From assembly GCA_048270185.1 (NCBI GenBank), contig JBLWTJ010000001.1, positions 672,001-736,000 of the forward strand: DNA of 64,000 nt. The letters run 5' to 3'. Source of the stretch: Bacteriovoracaceae bacterium (GTDB taxonomy: Bacteria > Bdellovibrionota > Bacteriovoracia > Bacteriovoracales > Bacteriovoracaceae). This document shows positions 59,024-64,000 of this stretch, piece after piece (the first letter of the stretch is position 1; the number at the start of each line of letters is the position of its first letter). Below the pieces are notes generated by a model that saw nothing but the letters and a program-made list of their open reading frames with translations, was not told the DNA's origin and did not search any database. The position numbers and the translations under genes were made by a program.

Positions 59024-61858
59024 CTATTCTGCAATCTCAGCAGCGTTTAAGAACTTAGAGTAAATACTCTCTTCAGCAGTGCCTTCTTCTTTCTCTGAAG
59101 CAATTGAGCGCTTAGCTTCTTCTGACTTTTCTTCCTTCTTAACTGGTAATTGTGGTCCCTCTTCTTCTGGCCCTAAAACCCCAGCTAGAACCTCTTCGGC
59201 AGTTTCAGATAGAATGACATTACCATCCTCATCTTGACCGATATAGTATACACGCCCATCTGCTAAGACAACACTATTGCTACCTTCTGAAATGGCCTGT
59301 GCAACAAGCTTCTGATCGCTTTTAGCTATATTATCGCTAATTACACCTGCGCTATAACTACGAGCTCCTGAAGCGCCACTTCCACTTGTTAGGCCAAGTC
59401 CACCTGTAGCACCAAGCTTGTTTATTCCTGCAACACCTGCACCAGCAGAGCTAAATGAAGATCCAGCGGCTGCAGCGGCTCCACCTATTCCTCCAGCAGA
59501 GTTTGAAGCAGTAAAAGTTCGTGCATTATTAGCTTGTCCAGTGTTTCGATTACCACTTCCAGCAAAGCTATTAAAAGAACTTGATGACCTTTTAGTTGGC
59601 GCTTGTACAGCAACGTCAACAGGTGCTTCACTTTCTTCTCTATCTGTATCAGCCTTTTTAGCAATTGAAGTGTTAAGTTGATTAATCTGAGCTTTAAGGG
59701 CCGCGAGTTGTGCCTTTAACTCTTCATTTTGCTTTAATTGTTCAGTCGAGACAGCATTACTTTTTTCATTTTCTTTAATTTCAGCTTCAACTGATTTAAC
59801 TTCGGCTTCAATATCAGACTTTGCTTGAATCATTTTTTCGGTACTCACATTCGGATCAGTCACCATTGATTGAAGACTTTGAGAATCCATTACATTTGAA
59901 TCAGGAAAGTCATTAGCTTGTTGTTGATTATTCATATTATCAAACAAGTTAGCTGCTTCATCAAAATTATAATCGTTTCCTGCTTCAGATGCACCAACAG
60001 CGGCTTGAATTGCTGCATCATCCATTCCACCAAGAGGTGCTCCTGGATTATCTAAATCAACAAGACCGCTATTAGAATGATCATTATTATCGTCTAATTT
60101 TGCAGTTCCCCCTATTGATCCACTTGGAGGAAATATTGCTGAAGAAGAAATAATACTGATATCATTATCAGAAAGATCACCTGCAGTAGCTGCTTTAGAG
60201 TCGATTGCACCATTTTTCCATGCATGACAATAAAGAGCAGAATCTTTTACAGCAACAGTATTATTCTCAGAGAAATAACCTAGTGAATTAACAAAAGTTG
60301 AAAGACTTAGATTATTCTTATAGTACTCATTTGAGTTCTCTGCATCACAAATCTTTTCTAAACGATCAATAGTGTTGTTACAAATTGCTTCATTTTCTCT
60401 ATCAACGATCTCTCTGAAACTATGATTTGCAAGAAAACTTAAGTTACGAAGTGCTCTCTCATCACCATTAACAGCGCCTTGTGAAAGCTTAATAAACTTT
60501 TCAAAAATACCTTTTTTCTTAAAATGATTCGTAAGTTTTCGAAACATCATAAGTCCAAATTGTTCATTCAAATAATTCTCACCTTCTTTTTCAAGCATCT
60601 GCATAGATGAATAATTCTGTTCTGAAGTCCAGTCACTTGTTGACTTTATAACCTTAGCTCTTTCATCATCCATAAATGCGTAATAGTCGTGACTTAAAAC
60701 AGGAGATGTGGATGCATATTCTCTAATTGCTTCTGTATCCAAAGAGAAATCTTTATTCTTTTCAAAATCAAATTGCGCTTTAAAAACATCAACTAAGAAG
60801 ATCTTTGCAAATTTTTGTTGATGTTCTTGCCAGTTTATCGAGGATGCAGTGCTTTCGGCCCACTTCTCACGATCGCCACGAATCTTAGAGAAATATTGCC
60901 CCAGACGATCCTTGGCAAGCTTCTTACGTCTTGCTTTATCAGATGTAAGAAAGGAAAGGTACTTACCTTTTTCATAATCGTCTTCATTAACATCGAAGTT
61001 TTTTTGTATATCAACAAGCTTCAAGGCTTCTGAGTCAAAGCAACCATTAATTCGTTCACTCATTTCATCAATTTTCTTATCTGAACAATTAAAACCAATA
61101 CTTTGACTTCCATTTAAACCATGACGATATCTCTTATCCATCGTTTCAAGATCTTCAAAAAATTTAGCTAAACTATTTGCAAGAATTTGTGGACGAGCGA
61201 TCTTATCAATTTGACGATATATTTCATCAACATCACTTGGTAGCACTAAATCTTTTGGTTTAAAGCGATCAACACAGCCACAGAAGTCAATGATTTTACT
61301 TTCTTCCGTATAGAATCTTCCAGTAGTTTTGAGTTTATTTGTACAATTAAAAATAGCATCGACTACATCATTATTATTTGAGGCAAATTGATTTAACTGC
61401 AAAGTATCTGGTGAAGAACCATATTGGAGCCCAGGACAGATTAATGGTGTATCTACATTAACAAAGTTACTAAACCTCATATTAAACATGACCGTCGAGT
61501 TTTCATCATATTGGTCTTGTAATGTTTCAACAGCTCTTAGATAGAGTCCATTACTTGAAGGTTCATTATAGGTAGGACTTGGACTATACTGTGCGCCACT
61601 CCATTTGCGATTTAAACCTGTTGTGCCAGAACCAATGAGATTTTTAAAGTTACTTGAATACTGATTCGCCCTCTCACTAGAATGCGCCTGAACTTGCTTA
61701 TGCTGATACATATCTTCAATCGTATCACCTGTAGAAATAGCCGCCCAAGCTATATCACCAGCATCCTGTGTAACTAAATCGGCCTGTGCATGAGCACTAA
61801 GAGACAGACTAAAGATAGTCGACAGCGTTAGTAGAATTGAAGTTTTTGATAGTCTCAT
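59024..61858 (-). CDS. large secreted Cys-containing orphan protein (RSIAS family)
   Basis: Likely start MRLSKTSILL at 61858 (GAGGA RBS, signal peptide ..AHA/Q; track start 61984); FCGC, C-x10-C, LYC, coiled coil, Gly/Ala tract, KRSIAS, SIYSKFLNAAEIAE. Confidence 0.78.
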   Translation of the reverse strand: MRLSKTSILLTLSTIFSLSLSAHAQADLVTQDAGDIAWAAISTGDTIEDMYQHKQVQAHSSERANQYSSNFKNLIGSGTTGLNRKWSGAQYSPSPTYNEPSSNGLYLRAVETLQDQYDENSTVMFNMRFSNFVNVDTPLICPGLQYGSSPDTLQLNQFASNNNDVVDAIFNCTNKLKTTGRFYTEESKIIDFCGCVDRFKPKDLVLPSDVDEIYRQIDKIARPQILANSLAKFFEDLETMDKRYRHGLNGSQSIGFNCSDKKIDEMSERINGCFDSEALKLVDIQKNFDVNEDDYEKGKYLSFLTSDKARRKKLAKDRLGQYFSKIRGDREKWAESTASSINWQEHQQKFAKIFLVDVFKAQFDFEKNKDFSLDTEAIREYASTSPVLSHDYYAFMDDERAKVIKSTSDWTSEQNYSSMQMLEKEGENYLNEQFGLMMFRKLTNHFKKKGIFEKFIKLSQGAVNGDERALRNLSFLANHSFREIVDRENEAICNNTIDRLEKICDAENSNEYYKNNLSLSTFVNSLGYFSENNTVAVKDSALYCHAWKNGAIDSKAATAGDLSDNDISIISSSAIFPPSGSIGGTAKLDDNNDHSNSGLVDLDNPGAPLGGMDDAAIQAAVGASEAGNDYNFDEAANLFDNMNNQQQANDFPDSNVMDSQSLQSMVTDPNVSTEKMIQAKSDIEAEVKSVEAEIKENEKSNAVSTEQLKQNEELKAQLAALKAQINQLNTSIAKKADTDREESEAPVDVAVQAPTKRSSSSFNSFAGSGNRNTGQANNARTFTASNSAGGIGGAAAAAGSSFSSAGAGVAGINKLGATGGLGLTSGSGASGARSYSAGVISDNIAKSDQKLVAQAISEGSNSVVLADGRVYYIGQDEDGNVILSETAEEVLAGVLGPEEEGPQLPVKKEEKSEEAKRSIASEKEEGTAEESIYSKFLNAAEIAE

Positions 61859-61889
61859 TTCTTCCTCACAAAATAGTAGTCTTCTTAAT

Positions 61890-61917
61890 TTATCGGTTAA
61901 AATCTTAGTTTTCTTAA
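61890..61917 (-). promoter_or_regulatory. sigma28-like promoter
   Basis: minus strand TTAAG-N15-ACCGATAA, 31 nt before the ATG at 61858. Confidence 0.65.
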
Positions 61918-62096
61918 ACTCTCTATATGAACTATTTTCACTTGAAATAGGAAAAAAACGAATAATATTACTCAGATAATACAAAGATAATTTTTGACGT
62001 TACGATAAAGCTTTGAAAAGACAGTGATTGAAGTAGGTGACAATTTGCTGGTCACTATTATTTAGACAAATAAAAGCGCCAATTAATTATTGCAAA

Positions 62097-63434
62097 CTAA
62101 CAAATCCCACGGCCATAATCATTAATTTTATCAAGGTGAGACTGAATTGTAGCGATAGCATATTTCTTAAGTCTATCAGGAAGTGATGGATAAATCACAC
62201 CATAGATATCATCAATTGAATGACCTTCTTCAAGACATTTGATAATTTGTTCTTCTCTCTCAAGGCGATGCTTCAAAGTTTGTGAAACTTTAAGAGTCCC
62301 TCCGAGGCTTATTCCGTGTGATGGCATGACAACTCTAGGGTTTATATCAATAACATTTTGTAGGGATTGAAAATACTCACGCATACATGAACCCTTTCCA
62401 CCTATTGTGACCGTTCCTATTGTTTGGATAAGATCAGAGACAATCATCCAAGCGCCATCGGCCCGTAATAGAGAGCTTTGTCCGAAGGCATGTCCTCCTG
62501 TAGTGACAATTTTTACATCATGGCCACAGGATTTCGTTAGGGTATCTCCATCATCGTAGAACTTTACATCAAATTCTTTAAAATAATTCTCATCAAAATC
62601 GCTTAAAAGATGATCATAAGTTCCTTCAGACATCGAAAAAGAAACCCCTAAAGTCTTAGCGATCTCACGGCTAAATTCATGGTGGTCAGGATGATGGTGC
62701 GTTAAGAAGATCTCATCAATTTTGTGTTTTCGAATTGAGTGGATTAATTTGTCCATCTCTTCGATATTCTTAGGTGAAGGATCAACTAAAATTTTCTTAT
62801 TCCCTTCATCACCTAGCAAGAAACAATTCGTTCGATTAGCAGGAGGAAAAGTATTAGAAAGAGGCATGAATTGTCTAAGCCCATAAAGCGGCTCAATCAT
62901 TGGCACTTCTCTTAGCGTATCATATTTTAAATTAGCATCTAAGAAATCAAGACTTGTAATATCACGATCAAGATCTTCTAGAATAGTAATCATAGGAGGA
63001 ACAACAAGTAGCTCTCCCCTCTTGTATGATTCAAAAGCTTCATGGCAATTAAGCCAGCTAGTATTAGCAATCTCCCCTTCATCAAATTCAAAATTCATTT
63101 GAGAAAGAGCTTCTTCATCTTTTATAAAAACTTTAAAATAATAATTTTCAAAACGATGTGGATTAAAATCAGGAGTAACAGCAAGGGCGTATTTTTCAAG
63201 GCCCGTAACAAGGCCATCGCGCATTAGCTCATCAAGATTAACATTAAGTTCTTCTGAGATTTCTCTCTTTAAAGCAAAGGCCAAGTAATCATCAGCGCCG
63301 TGGATGACATCTTCTGCATCAACTTTCCCTCCAGGAAAGGAAGTATAGCCAGGAAAAGCACGCAAGTAGTTTTGCCTCTTCATAAGAAGAAGACGATCAC
63401 CACAAATAAAGATAGCAGATACTGATTGCTTCAA
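62097..63434 (-). CDS. NUDIX + metallo-beta-lactamase-fold (LACTB2-like) fusion hydrolase
   Basis: FPGGKVD...REISEE Nudix box; LTHHHPDH, GGHA, SDL, MPSHG MBL motifs. Confidence 0.85.
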   Translation of the reverse strand: MKQSVSAIFICGDRLLLMKRQNYLRAFPGYTSFPGGKVDAEDVIHGADDYLAFALKREISEELNVNLDELMRDGLVTGLEKYALAVTPDFNPHRFENYYFKVFIKDEEALSQMNFEFDEGEIANTSWLNCHEAFESYKRGELLVVPPMITILEDLDRDITSLDFLDANLKYDTLREVPMIEPLYGLRQFMPLSNTFPPANRTNCFLLGDEGNKKILVDPSPKNIEEMDKLIHSIRKHKIDEIFLTHHHPDHHEFSREIAKTLGVSFSMSEGTYDHLLSDFDENYFKEFDVKFYDDGDTLTKSCGHDVKIVTTGGHAFGQSSLLRADGAWMIVSDLIQTIGTVTIGGKGSCMREYFQSLQNVIDINPRVVMPSHGISLGGTLKVSQTLKHRLEREEQIIKCLEEGHSIDDIYGVIYPSLPDRLKKYAIATIQSHLDKINDYGRGIC

Positions 63435-64000
63435 TTTAACCCCAATTCTCTAAAGGCTTCATTTGCTTTATCATAGCGTACCTCGCGATAGCCTTTAATA
63501 TTATCTAATTTTTTAAGAGCACGATATTGATTATCGGCCTTATGAATTCCTTCAAATAAATATGTTCTAATCTTAGCACTAATCCCACGCTCCTTAGCAT
63601 GCCACGTAGGTAAAATTGTACGAAGAATTCTAAAGTGCCTCATTAGACTCAGTTGCCAGTCTTTAGGAGAAATATCGAACTCGATCTTCTTTGAACCTAG
63701 ATCAAATGCTGGACGATTAATTCTCTCTTTTCGATATGACTTACCAAGTGATCCGTAGAGCTTAGTTTCCATCTCTTTAAGAAAAGGCGAAAGCATGAGG
63801 TGTGCCACCATGACTTCATCCTTAACAATGAAAGTCTTGGCCAGCAGTCTTGTCGCAAGGGTGCGATTTTCTTCACTCACAATTGTACCAAGGGCACGAG
63901 CACCAGAGATGAACTCAGTCGTCTCTTTTCCACGATTATAGATATATTGATCATGAATTATCTGAATAAGGTGTTCACGCTTCATCCAAGAAATATCAAC
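63431..64000 (-). CDS. hypothetical protein, possibly 5'-truncated by the window edge
   Basis: ORF 63431..63985; frame stays open (V-D-I-S-W) to position 64000; ATGA overlap with the downstream gene. Confidence 0.6.
   Translation of the reverse strand, partial: VDISWMKREHLIQIIHDQYIYNRGKETTEFISGARALGTIVSEENRTLATRLLAKTFIVKDEVMVAHLMLSPFLKEMETKLYGSLGKSYRKERINRPAFDLGSKKIEFDISPKDWQLSLMRHFRILRTILPTWHAKERGISAKIRTYLFEGIHKADNQYRALKKLDNIKGYREVRYDKANEAFRELGLN

Noticed and set aside
58746..62058. 10-bp inverted repeat (ATAGTGACCA/TGGTCACTAT) bracketing the 944-aa gene as an invertible segment
   Set aside because: Too short to exceed chance convincingly, it does not extend, and no recombinase is nearby.
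158..63227. Numerous 60-190-aa ORFs overlapping annotated genes on the opposite strand or in other frames
   Set aside because: They are nested in well-supported CDSs and have no recognisable motifs; treated as shadow ORFs.

Overview
AT-rich (roughly 35-37% GC by eye) bacterial chromosome segment, densely coding. The gene content and many orphan secreted proteins suggest a predatory Bdellovibrionota such as Halobacteriovorax/Bacteriovorax; this is an inference. Housekeeping blocks are rfaD-DUF4149-tatC, map, a dehydrogenase-arginase-aat operon, tRNA-Leu(TAA), sucA-sucB-lpdA, mazG-like-apbE-nqrM, putA-proC-thioesterase, a split class I fumarase with acetoacetate-CoA ligase, a UvrD/Rep helicase and the leucine-catabolism liuBCDE genes. 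No CRISPR array, integrase, transposase or prophage is visible. Highlights: (1) a tandem pair of ~128-bp double-hairpin elements with compensatory base changes, each preceded by a copy of a gene 3' end (14.37-14.78 kb); (2) two families of large secreted Cys-rich/Gly-rich orphan proteins with shared short motifs (RSIAS; IF/LF-xx-IS-xx-Y), mostly behind sigma28-like promoters; (3) a fumarase alpha subunit fused to a ~100-aa histone-H1-like Lys-rich tail; (4) an orphan, apparently inactivated NuoC-NuoD fusion; (5) translational coupling of putA and proC; (6) strong over-representation of GGCC.
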